Shown here piece after piece: positions 19,894 to 30,485 of a stretch of DNA of 64,000 nucleotides. The position numbers were made by a program, and so were the translations under genes. The notes under the pieces are model-generated. The model made no database searches. It had not been told where the DNA came from and saw only the letters and a program-made list of their open reading frames with translations. The stretch is taken from the IMG/VR virus record IMGVR_UViG_3300020188_000808, positions 124,001 through 188,000 of that record; one strand, written 5' to 3'. Each line of letters opens with the position of its first letter. Position 1 is the first letter of the stretch.

Positions 19894-21384
19894 ATGGCAT
19901 ATACTATTGATAGATATAATGGAACTACTTTAACAGTTGTTGAAGATGGAACCGTAGATCAAACTAGTGATATTAAACTAGTTGGAAAAAATTACGCCGG
20001 TTACGGTGAGATTCAAAACGAAAACTTTTTACACTTATTAGAAAACTTTAGTGGTGCTAACCAACCTCCAAAGGCCATTTCAGGACAGGTTTGGTATGAC
20101 TCAGGTGCTAATAAACTAAAATTTTATGATGGATCTAAGTTTAGAACTACAGGCGGTGCTGAAGTAGCCGCAACTGCACCAGCTGGTTTAGCTACTGGCG
20201 ACTTATGGTGGGATTCAACAAACGAACAATTATATGCATATAGCGGTACAGGTTATGTACTAGTAGGACCACAAGGTGCAGGTACAACTGTTACACAGAT
20301 GGTTTCAGCAAACGTTAGAGATACAACTAACGTAAACAGATTAGTTATTAAGGCTGTTGTTAACGATGAAACAATTTATATTATTTCAGGTGCAACATTT
20401 ACTATTGACAGTACAGATCCACTTAATGCTATTACAGGATTTGATGTTGTTAAAAAGGGTTTAACACTAAGAAATACAACAAACGCAACAGGCGGTGTTA
20501 CAAGTACACAGGATTATTACTGGGGTACAGCAAGTAACTCATTAAAACTAGGTGGCTATAGTGCTACTGACTTTGCATTAGCAGGTTCAGGATCATTTAC
20601 ATCACTTGTTAGTTTTGCAGATGCAGGTATTTCAATTGGTAACTCAAGTGATTTAAAAATCTTTATTGAAAATGACAACGAAGGCGTTATTAAAAATGAC
20701 GTTGGAACAAAAATTAAACTTAAAGTTGATAACACAGGTGGAGTTGAACAGCATGTAGCGACTGTACAAGATACAGGTATTATGCCAGGGTCTACTAACA
20801 CATACTCAATTGGAGCAACAGGTGCTGTGTTTAGCGAAATGCATGCCACTAATTTTTATGGGTTAGCAGAAAATGCACAAAAAATGCAGGTTGGTGCAAA
20901 CTACCGTAGTGCAGATACAGCGGCAACTAACAATACAGTAGCAGTTAGAGATGCAAGTGGTAATTTAGTAGCAAATAAATTTACAGGTACAGCAACATCA
21001 GCAGAATATGCTGACTTGGCTGAGATTTACAAAACAGCAGAAGAACTACCAACAGGGACTATTGTTACTGTTCCAAAATTTGACGAAGAAACAGATGCAG
21101 AAGTAAGAGCTATTGAGCCAACTGAAATTCCAGTAGGTGTAATTAGTGCTAAACCAGCATTCTTAATGAACAGCGAAGCAGAAGGCCAAGCAGTTGCACT
21201 TAAAGGGCGTGTTCCAGTAAGAGTAAAAGGCATCATTAATAAAGGTGAAGCAATTTATGCAGACATGGACGGCGTTGGACATACTATTAGAGCCGAAGGG
21301 CATCAATTAGTAGGTATTGCGTTAGAGACATGGGAACCAGAAGCAGATGAAGAAGGCTTAGTAGAAGCTATTTTAAAGGTATAA
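19894..21384 (+). CDS. Tail fibre/appendage protein with C-terminal intramolecular-chaperone (peptidase G2-like autocleavage) domain
   Basis: Shared N-terminal module; C-terminal 'YADLAE...VGVIS..PAFLMN...VALKGRVPVRV' matches the IMC autoproteolytic domain pattern. Confidence 0.7.
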   Translation: MAYTIDRYNGTTLTVVEDGTVDQTSDIKLVGKNYAGYGEIQNENFLHLLENFSGANQPPKAISGQVWYDSGANKLKFYDGSKFRTTGGAEVAATAPAGLATGDLWWDSTNEQLYAYSGTGYVLVGPQGAGTTVTQMVSANVRDTTNVNRLVIKAVVNDETIYIISGATFTIDSTDPLNAITGFDVVKKGLTLRNTTNATGGVTSTQDYYWGTASNSLKLGGYSATDFALAGSGSFTSLVSFADAGISIGNSSDLKIFIENDNEGVIKNDVGTKIKLKVDNTGGVEQHVATVQDTGIMPGSTNTYSIGATGAVFSEMHATNFYGLAENAQKMQVGANYRSADTAATNNTVAVRDASGNLVANKFTGTATSAEYADLAEIYKTAEELPTGTIVTVPKFDEETDAEVRAIEPTEIPVGVISAKPAFLMNSEAEGQAVALKGRVPVRVKGIINKGEAIYADMDGVGHTIRAEGHQLVGIALETWEPEADEEGLVEAILKV

Positions 21385-21388
21385 GATT

Positions 21389-22282
21389 ATGGCAGTCGGC
21401 GATATTATTACAGCGGCAAGGTACAATAACTTACAATCAAGAGTTGCAACAGTAATGGGCGTAGGGTCAGGAGATGACGGATACGGACAAAACTTAAACA
21501 GTTCTCAAGTAGCAGTAGGAGCCAATGTTCAAGCAATTGATATTAATCAACTTTACCAAGATATGGCGGCTGGGCGTATTCATCAAACAGGTACTACTCC
21601 AACAGAAATTAATCTTGTAACACAGAATGTTGATTTAGTATTAGACAGTGATACAATTAATAAAAAAGGTGTAGTACAATTTGAAAATCTTGCTACAACA
21701 CTTGAAAATGATAAATTTGTAGCACACCCTAGTCAAACTACTGCGGAAGCGGCTATTGCAGGTACTAGAACTACTCAGTGGAACGGAACAATTTCACACA
21801 TTATTGACGTAACATTTATTGATGGAAATCATCAAAGACATTTTTTTAATGCAGGCGGAACAATACGTTTTGCGGCAAACATTACATATGTTGGAGCAAG
21901 TAGTAAAACAATTGACTGGATGACGATGTTAGTTAACATGGGTACAGTTAGCATGAATTATACATCAACAACAGCAACTGGATCAGGAAATGGTAGTGCA
22001 ATTGGTTATCATGATTTAGATGCTAGTTACCAACAAATTTTCCAAAAAGATGGTTCTGGATTATATGCCGCAAACGATTATAAAATTGAAGCAACCAAAG
22101 TAAGTGATACAGTTTTACGTTTTAGAGTTACATTTAACGATGATAACACAGGTAACCCAAACACAGACGAAAACGTTTTGGGTGTTGTAAACAGTACTAT
22201 TACACAATTAAGACCAACTGGTTCAGCAGTTTCATTGGTATCCCCTACATATAGCACAAACGGCAGTTCAAATCTAAATTAA
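21389..22282 (+). CDS. Putative virion structural protein
   Basis: 297 aa, T/N/S/G-rich, last gene of the structural run; no catalytic motif. Confidence 0.5.
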   Translation: MAVGDIITAARYNNLQSRVATVMGVGSGDDGYGQNLNSSQVAVGANVQAIDINQLYQDMAAGRIHQTGTTPTEINLVTQNVDLVLDSDTINKKGVVQFENLATTLENDKFVAHPSQTTAEAAIAGTRTTQWNGTISHIIDVTFIDGNHQRHFFNAGGTIRFAANITYVGASSKTIDWMTMLVNMGTVSMNYTSTTATGSGNGSAIGYHDLDASYQQIFQKDGSGLYAANDYKIEATKVSDTVLRFRVTFNDDNTGNPNTDENVLGVVNSTITQLRPTGSAVSLVSPTYSTNGSSNLN

Positions 22283-22285
22283 TCA

Positions 22286-22314
22286 TTGCTCTTTCTCTTT
22301 AAATAGTGTATAAT
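22286..22314 (+). promoter_or_regulatory. Sigma70-like promoter (TTGCTC-N17-TATAAT) with embedded late-like TAAATA
   Basis: -35 at 22286-22291 and -10 at 22309-22314 with 17-nt spacer; AGGAG RBS follows; palindrome TAGTGTA-taa-TACACTA (22304-22320) overlaps the -10. Confidence 0.6.
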
Positions 22315-22333
22315 ACACTAAAGGAGAATTACT

Positions 22334-22687
22334 GTGGATGAACGTCTTGAAAAAGCATTAGATTTTGCCAATTATATGACTACTCTTAACAACCAAAAAC
22401 GGGTGTTAAAAGAGAAGTTTTATGAAAGTGCAATACATTACCACAATGGTGGACAATTCTCCGTAAACAAAGACCTAATGAATTTTTGTAGTATGTTAGT
22501 AAACACAGGACAAGAGTCTGTAGTACTAATTGACGACAATGATATTCCTATTAAAGTTGCAGATGTTGAAACATTCTTAGGTGACATTTTAAATATCTAC
22601 TTTACAGCATCAAACGAGTACCTAACAGAATACGAAAAGATACGGAGCCTTCGAAAGGTCTCTGGGCTTGTAGAATATGAAGAATAA
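22334..22687 (+). CDS. Hypothetical protein (possibly fibre-assembly chaperone-like)
   Basis: GTG start with strong AGGAG RBS; 117 aa, helical; first gene of the island. Confidence 0.5.
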   Translation: MDERLEKALDFANYMTTLNNQKRVLKEKFYESAIHYHNGGQFSVNKDLMNFCSMLVNTGQESVVLIDDNDIPIKVADVETFLGDILNIYFTASNEYLTEYEKIRSLRKVSGLVEYEE

Positions 22688-23525
22688 AGGTGCATTAATA
22701 TTTGCTAGAAATAACGAACAAGTTGATTATCTTAAACAAGCATATTATCTAGCAAAGCGTATAAGCAAATATCTTAATTTACCAACAACTGTTGTAACAG
22801 ATAGTGTTGAATACTTAAAAGATACCTATGTCGATTATGATACAGTATTTGATAATGTAATCGAAGTCCCATATGCTCGCGGCGCCAGCGAAAAACGTTA
22901 CTATGACGGCTCGGGTGTATACAAACAACTATCATTTAAAAATGACTTGCGTACACAAGCCTATAAACTAACACCGTATGACGAAACAATAATGTTAGAC
23001 AGTGATTATATAATTGCAAATGATGTACTCAAACATTGTTTTACACAAGAACACAATTTCTTAATATATAAAGATGCAAAAGACCTAACAGGATTTAGAG
23101 ATACTACCGAGTTTCAAAAAATTAGTGAAACTAGTATTGATTTTTATTGGGCGACAGTTGTATATTTTAAAAAAAGCAAAGAAGTAGAAACATTTTTTAA
23201 TTTAACACAACATATACAAGATAACTGGCAACACTATAACAGTATATTTCAAATTAACAAACCAACGTTTCGTAATGATTGGGTGTTTAGTATTGCAATA
23301 CATATTATGAATGGTTATCAAGCAGGAGATTTTGCAAGTTCATTACCGGGTAAAAAATATTATACAGCAGATAGAGATATTTTGTGGGAATTAAAAGATG
23401 ACAACTTTTTATTTTTAGTAGAAAAAGAAGGACACCTTGGAGAATACACACCTTTGCGTATTAAAGGTAGTAGTGTTCACGTTATGAACAAGTTTAGTTT
23501 GAATAGGATCATAGACAATGACTAA
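22677..23525 (+). CDS. GT-A fold nucleotide-diphospho-sugar transferase
   Basis: 'TPYDETIMLDSD' DxD motif; paralog of the next gene. Confidence 0.7.
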   Translation: MKNKGALIFARNNEQVDYLKQAYYLAKRISKYLNLPTTVVTDSVEYLKDTYVDYDTVFDNVIEVPYARGASEKRYYDGSGVYKQLSFKNDLRTQAYKLTPYDETIMLDSDYIIANDVLKHCFTQEHNFLIYKDAKDLTGFRDTTEFQKISETSIDFYWATVVYFKKSKEVETFFNLTQHIQDNWQHYNSIFQINKPTFRNDWVFSIAIHIMNGYQAGDFASSLPGKKYYTADRDILWELKDDNFLFLVEKEGHLGEYTPLRIKGSSVHVMNKFSLNRIIDND

Positions 23526-24351
23526 AGGTATAGTCTTAATAGCACAAAACAGCGAATATAACTACGTAGAACAAGCGTGTGCGTTAGCTATGAGTATTAG
23601 AGCTACTAATGACACTAAAGTTTGTTTGTTAACCAACGATACAGTACCATCTAGGTATGTAGATCTGTTTGATGTTATTAAAGAAATACCGTGGGAAGAC
23701 GATTCCGCTAATATGGAATGGAAAGTAGCTAATCGTTGGAAGTTATATCATGCTAGTCCGTATGATGAAACTATTGTAATGGATACTGATATGCTTGTAT
23801 TACAAAATTTAGATTCATGGTGGAACTTTTTAAGCAACTATGAAGTGTTTTATACTAGCAAAGTATACACATATAGAGGTGACGAAGTTAACGACACTTA
23901 CTATCGTAAAACATATATTGCAAATAACTTACCAAACGTTTATGCAGGCTTTCATTATTTCAAAAAATGTGACTTTGCAAAAGAATTTTATACAATGTTA
24001 GAATTAGTAATGAACAACTGGCAATTATTTTATGGAAAATATGCAAGTAAAGAATATCAAAATTGGTTAAGCGTTGACACAAGCACAGCAATCGTTACAA
24101 AGATACTTGATTGTGAAGACAGAATTACAAATAAGAAAGTGTCATTTCCTAGTTTTACACATATGAAGCCTAGAATACAAGGATGGTATAATCCTAGTGA
24201 AACATGGCGTAGTAGAGTGGGTGCATATCTAACTGATGACCTACAATTAAAAATAGGCAATCATCAACAGCAAGGTATTTTTCATTATACTGAAAAAGAA
24301 TTTTTAGATCAGTCTAAAATACAAAAATACGAAAGGTATCTTAACGTATGA
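23518..24351 (+). CDS. GT-A fold nucleotide-diphospho-sugar transferase (GT8-like)
   Basis: 'SPYDETIVMDTDML' DxD; 'ALAMSIR' N-terminal helix; C-terminal 'FHY'. Confidence 0.75.
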   Translation: MTKGIVLIAQNSEYNYVEQACALAMSIRATNDTKVCLLTNDTVPSRYVDLFDVIKEIPWEDDSANMEWKVANRWKLYHASPYDETIVMDTDMLVLQNLDSWWNFLSNYEVFYTSKVYTYRGDEVNDTYYRKTYIANNLPNVYAGFHYFKKCDFAKEFYTMLELVMNNWQLFYGKYASKEYQNWLSVDTSTAIVTKILDCEDRITNKKVSFPSFTHMKPRIQGWYNPSETWRSRVGAYLTDDLQLKIGNHQQQGIFHYTEKEFLDQSKIQKYERYLNV

Positions 24352-24935
24352 TATTAACTGCGGAGTTGCCTAAACAAGAAAGATATGTAGTATTTGATCC
24401 TAATAACGGTGATGTGTTAGCAGTACCTAATTATAAACCAGATGGTAATTATATTCCTGTAGAGGAACACGAAGTTAAAGGATTAATTTCGGGACAAGAA
24501 CCGCTAAGTTATTATTATGTACATTACATCAAACATACTAAACAATATGAACTTAGACAGCGTTCAAATACTAGCATTGATAGTTATCTAGTAAATGATT
24601 TAATATACGAATTACCAATGACATCAGTTAATGAGCCAGACATTCATGTATTACAAAATATCAAAGACACATGTTGGAAGATTACTATTGGCGGAGATCT
24701 AAAAGCAAATATTTTAGCACAAAAAGTTAATTTTAAAAATACTATATCGTTTAGTGTTACTGAAAAAGACGATCCAAATATATTACTAAAAACATTAAGT
24801 TTTAGTTTTGCTGATTTATCAGACGTAAAATATGTAATACTTCCATTTGATAGCGATTTTGAATTTAAAGCAAAACCAGTTAGTGTGTATACAATTAAAA
24901 ACTTTGATAGATACTTATACGAGGTAATCAAATGA
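24348..24935 (+). CDS. Hypothetical protein
   Basis: 195-aa ORF translationally coupled (ATGA overlaps) on both sides. Confidence 0.6.
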   Translation: MILTAELPKQERYVVFDPNNGDVLAVPNYKPDGNYIPVEEHEVKGLISGQEPLSYYYVHYIKHTKQYELRQRSNTSIDSYLVNDLIYELPMTSVNEPDIHVLQNIKDTCWKITIGGDLKANILAQKVNFKNTISFSVTEKDDPNILLKTLSFSFADLSDVKYVILPFDSDFEFKAKPVSVYTIKNFDRYLYEVIK

Positions 24936-25816
24936 AAATAAACATTGCAGAGCAAGATATTATCTTTTTAAGTTATGACGAACCTAACTGTGAAAAGAAT
25001 TTTGTTGATTTAGTTAACAAGGTTCCGTGGGCAAAACGTGTACACGGTGTAGAAGGATCAGATGCCGCACACAAAGCCTGTGCTGAATTGAGCGAAACTA
25101 AACACTTTGTTACAGTAGACGGCGATACAATTATTGACCCAGAGTTTTTAAACGTAGTACTAGACTTAGACGAATTAAAAGTTGACGATGATTATCAATT
25201 TAGTTGGTGCGGACATATTAATGTTAACGGACTAAAATATGGTAATGGCAGTTTAAAAATGTGGACTAAAGACTTTGTAAAAAATATGCAAACGCATGAA
25301 AACACAGACGGTGAAGATGATACTAGTATTGAATTTTGTTACTTTGATAATTACTATCAATTAAATGACAACTATAGTACAAGTCTTATAAATGCAACTC
25401 CACATCAAGCCTGGAGAGCAGGGTTCCGTGAAGGAGTTAAGATGAGTTTGAATAGGGGTGCTAAAGTTAAAGACCTTGCAAACGATACTTGGTGGCAAAA
25501 TTATCAACGTTTGTTGATATGGATGCAGGTTGGTGCTGATGTAGACAATGGAATATGGAGTGTAATGGGAGCAAGACAAGGTTGTTACATGACAATGTGT
25601 ACAGATTGGGACTTTGTGCAAACAAGAGATTTTATATATCTTAATAAACTGTGGGAAGAAACAAAAAATAAAGATCCATTAGTATACAGCAAAGAATTAG
25701 GTCAAAGTCTTAGTAGCGAGTGCGGATTACCTATCTCATCTACACCCTTTGACGATGAACAAAGTCATTTTTTCAAACAAGTATACATTAACACGGACAG
25801 AGTTATTCGTAAATGA
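24932..25816 (+). CDS. GT-A fold glycosyltransferase (GT2-like)
   Basis: 'DIIFLSYDE...AHKACA...FVTVDGD' DxD; 'AWRAGFREGVK'; paralog of 32620. Confidence 0.7.
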   Translation: MKINIAEQDIIFLSYDEPNCEKNFVDLVNKVPWAKRVHGVEGSDAAHKACAELSETKHFVTVDGDTIIDPEFLNVVLDLDELKVDDDYQFSWCGHINVNGLKYGNGSLKMWTKDFVKNMQTHENTDGEDDTSIEFCYFDNYYQLNDNYSTSLINATPHQAWRAGFREGVKMSLNRGAKVKDLANDTWWQNYQRLLIWMQVGADVDNGIWSVMGARQGCYMTMCTDWDFVQTRDFIYLNKLWEETKNKDPLVYSKELGQSLSSECGLPISSTPFDDEQSHFFKQVYINTDRVIRK

Positions 25817-27186
25817 GTGAATTAGAAAAAATTAAAACACTAATGCCTAAAATTGAGGATGAAACCTCTCCAACATTCTGTTTAGCAAAATGGCATCACA
25901 CAACTATCTATCTTGCAACAGGAGAAACACATAGTTGTTATCATCCTGCTCCGCATAAAATTCCTTTAGAAGAATTAGAAGGCAATCCTAGTGCGTTACA
26001 TAATACTATTGAGAAAAAAGAACAGCGTAAACAAATGCTATGCGGAGATAAACCAGACGGTTGTAGTTACTGTTGGAAAATTGAAGCAATGGGTAAAGAC
26101 TTTGTAAGTGATAGACATATTAAAACTGCAAGTATATACACACCTGAAAGAGTAGCGGAAATAAAACAAAAAGGGGCGGATTTTAACGTAAATCCTGAGT
26201 ATATTGAAATTAGTTTTAGTAATGAATGCAATTTTAAGTGTGGATACTGTCACCCTAAAGCCTCTAGTAGGTATTGGAACGAAATAAAACAACATGGACC
26301 ATACGATATGTCAAGCACACATAGACAAGACATTGATTGGTTTGAAGTACAAAAAGACGAAGACACGAATCCATACGTAAAAGCGTTTTGGGAATGGTGG
26401 CCTGAACTTAGTAAGACACTAAACATTTTGCGTATTACAGGCGGCGAACCATTGATGCATAAAAGTTTTTGGAAACTGTTAGAAAAGTTAGATAACGATC
26501 CTAAGCCACACATACAAATTGAAGTAAACAGTAACATGGGTGTTAAGCCTAAGCTAGTTGAAAGACTAACTGAAACAGTTAAGCGTTTAAAAGCAGAAGG
26601 CAAGATTAAAAGTTTTAAATTGTACACTAGTATTGATACTTGGGGACCAAGAGCAGAATATGCACGTACCGGGTTAGACATTAAGTTATGGGAACAAAAC
26701 TTAGATTATTATCTAAGCAATACAAACTGGCCTGTAACATTTATGATTACGTTTAATATATTTGGTGTAACTAGTTTTACGCAACTATTAGAAAAAATAC
26801 TAGAGTGGCGTACAAAATACAATAGTGATGACAATGCTACTCAGTGGCAACGTATTAGATTTGATACACCTCATTTAAAAGAACCAAGCATATATGACAT
26901 GAACATTTTACCTAAAGAAGAATTTATGCCGTATATGGAAAAACACTTACAATTTATTAAAGATAACCAAGACGATACTAATCGTACTAAGTTTACAGGG
27001 TTAGAATACGAAAAGTTTAAACGTGTAGTAGAGTATATGCGTACAACACATTATGAACCACGTAAGCTAGAACAAGCACGTAGAGATTTTCATAACTGGT
27101 TCAAAGAATTTGATCGTAGACGTAACTGTAATTTGGTAGAAACTTTTCCAGAACTAGAAGGCTTTTATAATGACTGCGGAAAGTAA
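25813..27186 (+). CDS. Radical SAM protein with N-terminal twitch/SPASM-like domain
   Basis: CNFKCGYC (CX3CX2C) and ITGGEP; N-terminal C..W...SCYH...CSYCW Cys cluster. Confidence 0.9.
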   Translation: MSELEKIKTLMPKIEDETSPTFCLAKWHHTTIYLATGETHSCYHPAPHKIPLEELEGNPSALHNTIEKKEQRKQMLCGDKPDGCSYCWKIEAMGKDFVSDRHIKTASIYTPERVAEIKQKGADFNVNPEYIEISFSNECNFKCGYCHPKASSRYWNEIKQHGPYDMSSTHRQDIDWFEVQKDEDTNPYVKAFWEWWPELSKTLNILRITGGEPLMHKSFWKLLEKLDNDPKPHIQIEVNSNMGVKPKLVERLTETVKRLKAEGKIKSFKLYTSIDTWGPRAEYARTGLDIKLWEQNLDYYLSNTNWPVTFMITFNIFGVTSFTQLLEKILEWRTKYNSDDNATQWQRIRFDTPHLKEPSIYDMNILPKEEFMPYMEKHLQFIKDNQDDTNRTKFTGLEYEKFKRVVEYMRTTHYEPRKLEQARRDFHNWFKEFDRRRNCNLVETFPELEGFYNDCGK

Positions 27187-28363
27187 TACATTTTGCATAC
27201 TTCCGTGGATTCATTTCTATGCTAATCCAGACGGCAATGTACTTCCTTGTTGTATAGGTGATTGGCGTCAACCTCTTGGCAACACACGTAAAAACACTAT
27301 TAAAGAAATATGGAATAGTGAAGAATATAAAAAATTAAGACTTGCATTATTAAACAATGAAAAGCCTAGTGCTTGTACACAATGTTGGAAACACGAAGAA
27401 GCAGGAATAGAAAGCAATAGAATTGCACAAAATAATAGATTTGCACAGCATATTAGTATAAAAGACGAAACCAATTTTGACGGTTCGTTAGATATAATGA
27501 AGTTACTATACTTTGATGTACGTTGGAGCAACATTTGTAATTTTAAATGCAGAACCTGTAGTAGTACTTACAGTTCTACATGGGCTGTAGAAGATAACAA
27601 GCAAGGTGAAAATAAACCTGTATACATTTTTGCAGGCGGAGATAACAACGATAATTTGTTTGAACAGTTTAAGCCGTACCTTAAAGGTATTCAAGATTAT
27701 TATTTTGCAGGTGGCGAGCCTCTTATTACAGATAAGCATTATGATATTTTAGATTATTTAATTGAAAATAAAAAGACTGATGCTGTACTGCAATACAACA
27801 GTAATTTAAGTAATTTATTTTTTAAGAAGAAAAGTATTACAGAGTATTGGAATAATTTTAAACACGTTGAAGTACGTGCAAGTATTGACGGCTATGGAAA
27901 CAGAGGCGAGTATATTAGAGAAGGTACTGATTGGCCAACTATAGAACAAAACTTAAAAATTATTAAAAAAGAAAGTCCGCATGTAATTATTAGTTTTAAT
28001 TGTGTAGTAAGTGCATTTAATGTATTAACACTTGTAGACTTTTTAGAATATATGTCTAGCAAAGGATTTGATGTAAACAACAGTACGCTTTATAATATTG
28101 TTGAACCTAATTACTACAGTTTTAATGCACTAACAGATGAACAAAGACAAACTGCAATAGATAAGTTACAAGCATACGCAAATACAGTAACACATACAGA
28201 ACATTTAAGATATGTAAATGGTGTTATTGATTACTTGCACAAGTCAACATTTGATCAAAGTGCAAATGATTTGTTTAAATCTAACAATATGTACTTTGAT
28301 AAAATTCGTAATCGTTCTTTTAACGAAACGTTTCCTGAACTTATTGATGTATTAACGGATTAA
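27170..28363 (+). CDS. Radical SAM protein with N-terminal twitch/SPASM-like domain
   Basis: CNFKCRTC, FAGGEP, SIDG; N-terminal CILPW..DGNVLPCC...CTQC. Confidence 0.9.
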   Translation: MTAESNTFCILPWIHFYANPDGNVLPCCIGDWRQPLGNTRKNTIKEIWNSEEYKKLRLALLNNEKPSACTQCWKHEEAGIESNRIAQNNRFAQHISIKDETNFDGSLDIMKLLYFDVRWSNICNFKCRTCSSTYSSTWAVEDNKQGENKPVYIFAGGDNNDNLFEQFKPYLKGIQDYYFAGGEPLITDKHYDILDYLIENKKTDAVLQYNSNLSNLFFKKKSITEYWNNFKHVEVRASIDGYGNRGEYIREGTDWPTIEQNLKIIKKESPHVIISFNCVVSAFNVLTLVDFLEYMSSKGFDVNNSTLYNIVEPNYYSFNALTDEQRQTAIDKLQAYANTVTHTEHLRYVNGVIDYLHKSTFDQSANDLFKSNNMYFDKIRNRSFNETFPELIDVLTD

Positions 28364-29207
28364 TTTGTGTATTAGGACGCATAATAGTTTCGTACTTTAA
28401 CATATCTAACCAACGCGGTTTCATACTATATAAACTAAATGCACCCTCTTGACTTAGAACAGCACTTTGCATCAACTTAATCCATTTAGTTTGTGCGGCA
28501 CCGACTGCTTTGTCAGTAGATTCCTTCCAGTCGTGTTTAAATGTATGTTTTAGATAATCGTAATGTTCAAGTGGACTAGGATGCCCGTCTTGAAATCCTT
28601 TGTGGACTAGTCCTTTATCTTTCACAGTCTTTGCCTGTAAATCGTTGTTCCATAGTGTGTGATAAAAACTAGGAAGAATTGCATCTAAACATTCGTGATA
28701 TAATCCAGCAAGTGTTTCAAGATTTATATTTTTCTTTGATGTCAACTCCCATTGATTTGGAAATTCAAAATCTAACATCTTAATCATGTGATGTTGTGTG
28801 CGATGCTTTAATAACTGATGAGCACTTTTAATTAGTGCAAAATCTCTAACATATGACCCATACTCACTAAAATAATTTTCTAAAAAATGCTGATCATACT
28901 CTCCTTGAGAAAATATATTACCTGGAACTAACCAACCATCTTTTTCAGGTAAAAATCTATCTTCACGACATACATTAGTCCATTGCACAATAACTAAATC
29001 ATTATGATCAAATGTGTACACATTATCAGCCTGCATAATCATATTATGTATATACTGATTACCTGCACCACTGCGACCAAAATTTCTAAACTCTGCATCA
29101 GGAAATTCTACACCTAAAATGTTAGCCCATGTACCCCATTGATATCCTGTAAAGCTACAACCAAATGTGAATATTCTTTGAGGTGTGTTATGAATTAGTT
29201 TTTTCAT
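28341..29207 (-). CDS. SGNH/GDSL-fold hydrolase or acyltransferase-like protein
   Basis: Block I FGCSFT, block II GRSGAGN, C-terminal DGHP. Confidence 0.6.
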   Translation of the reverse strand: MKKLIHNTPQRIFTFGCSFTGYQWGTWANILGVEFPDAEFRNFGRSGAGNQYIHNMIMQADNVYTFDHNDLVIVQWTNVCREDRFLPEKDGWLVPGNIFSQGEYDQHFLENYFSEYGSYVRDFALIKSAHQLLKHRTQHHMIKMLDFEFPNQWELTSKKNINLETLAGLYHECLDAILPSFYHTLWNNDLQAKTVKDKGLVHKGFQDGHPSPLEHYDYLKHTFKHDWKESTDKAVGAAQTKWIKLMQSAVLSQEGAFSLYSMKPRWLDMLKYETIMRPNTQINPLIHQ

Positions 29208-30471
29208 CTTTTTTCTCTTTCATGTATTTAATCAAATTTGTCATAACACTTTTAGTATGTTCTTCTTCAATCATAGTTTTAAGATTATGTGCCGAAATAT
29301 CTGCAACTCTCCATTTCCAATGGAGTTGTTTCTTTATTGGTAGTGCTGATAATACGTTTACCTGTCTAGATAATTCTTTTTTAAGTTTAGTCCAGCGTTT
29401 ATATGTATCACGTTCGTTATCAAAACTATAATCAAATACACCGTCATATAGTTTATAGCCATAGTCTTGTAATTTCTGATTAGCTTGGTGTTGTCCAAAT
29501 ATAATAAATGGTTGTAAGTGATATATACTTCTAAATGTTTTTTCACTCCAAAATAAACTAGTGCCATTCCAATTTTCAGCAAACGTTTCATTTACTACTT
29601 GAAACAAAGTTTGTTGATGCAAGTAACTACTCAGACTCATAGCATGATTAGTTACAAAATCAGGAGTGTCTACAACTAAAGGAAGTGCATGTTTATTCCA
29701 TGCTTTGATTTCAGTTTTAGATATGTTACATCCAACGGGCATTTGATAGCTTTGCCAATGTTTTAATGTTTGTTTTTCAAATTTATTATGACTTACCATA
29801 CCATGATAAATTAAATCACTATTAAAAATTTCAAATGCACTCACAGTACGATGAGGTCTATTAACACGACTTAGACTTAAAAATATTTTTCCTTTGTATC
29901 GTTGTTCAGCTTCATATTTTTCTTCTTTTAGACGAGTTGCTACAAAGTCGTCAACATTTCTATTTTCAATATGTTGAGTTACATTATTGCCAATTCCCTG
30001 AGCTCCTGCAATACCAAATATCATACTTTCAAAATTATTAAACGTAACAACTTTAATTGAATTTGTAATATTATTTTCCATGTTATAACGAATAATATTA
30101 TCTTGGTCGTACATGTTTGAACTAAAGAAAATAATCTTTTCAGGATCAATCCTTGCTTGATTACAACTATAGTATAAAACATCAAAAAACGGTACATCAT
30201 GTATGGTACTAAATCCTTCAGTACTAGCATCAAAGAAAAAGAAACATTTTGGATCTTTACGTAACTGTTTTTGCCAAGTGTGTTTGATAAATTGAAATAT
30301 ATTAGTTTCTTTGTGCCACTTAGGATACTTAATTAACGAGTGTACAATAGACACGTCACTAAAGTCTGTCTCGCTTCGTCCTAGTTGTTCGATTAATTTT
30401 TGAATAGATAGCGTAGTTCTTGGTTGCTGAATAAATTCATTACGAATGATCGAGTCTTTAATTAACTTCAT
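29188..30471 (-). CDS. Hypothetical protein, possible GT-B-type glycosyltransferase
   Basis: 'LSRVNRPHR...VVNET...WSEKTFRSI..LQPFIIFG' resembles the sugar-nucleotide-binding C-terminus of fucosyltransferase-like phage proteins. Confidence 0.45.
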   Translation of the reverse strand: MKLIKDSIIRNEFIQQPRTTLSIQKLIEQLGRSETDFSDVSIVHSLIKYPKWHKETNIFQFIKHTWQKQLRKDPKCFFFFDASTEGFSTIHDVPFFDVLYYSCNQARIDPEKIIFFSSNMYDQDNIIRYNMENNITNSIKVVTFNNFESMIFGIAGAQGIGNNVTQHIENRNVDDFVATRLKEEKYEAEQRYKGKIFLSLSRVNRPHRTVSAFEIFNSDLIYHGMVSHNKFEKQTLKHWQSYQMPVGCNISKTEIKAWNKHALPLVVDTPDFVTNHAMSLSSYLHQQTLFQVVNETFAENWNGTSLFWSEKTFRSIYHLQPFIIFGQHQANQKLQDYGYKLYDGVFDYSFDNERDTYKRWTKLKKELSRQVNVLSALPIKKQLHWKWRVADISAHNLKTMIEEEHTKSVMTNLIKYMKEKKDEKTNS

Positions 30472-30485
30472 AAGGGTAACTTTCC

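Noticed and set aside
304-21236. Numerous antisense and alternate-frame ORFs (60-160 aa) in the ORF track
   Set aside because: They lie wholly within long genes, lack RBSs and motifs, and are the expected shadow of biased codon usage; the same applies to those in the rest of the window.
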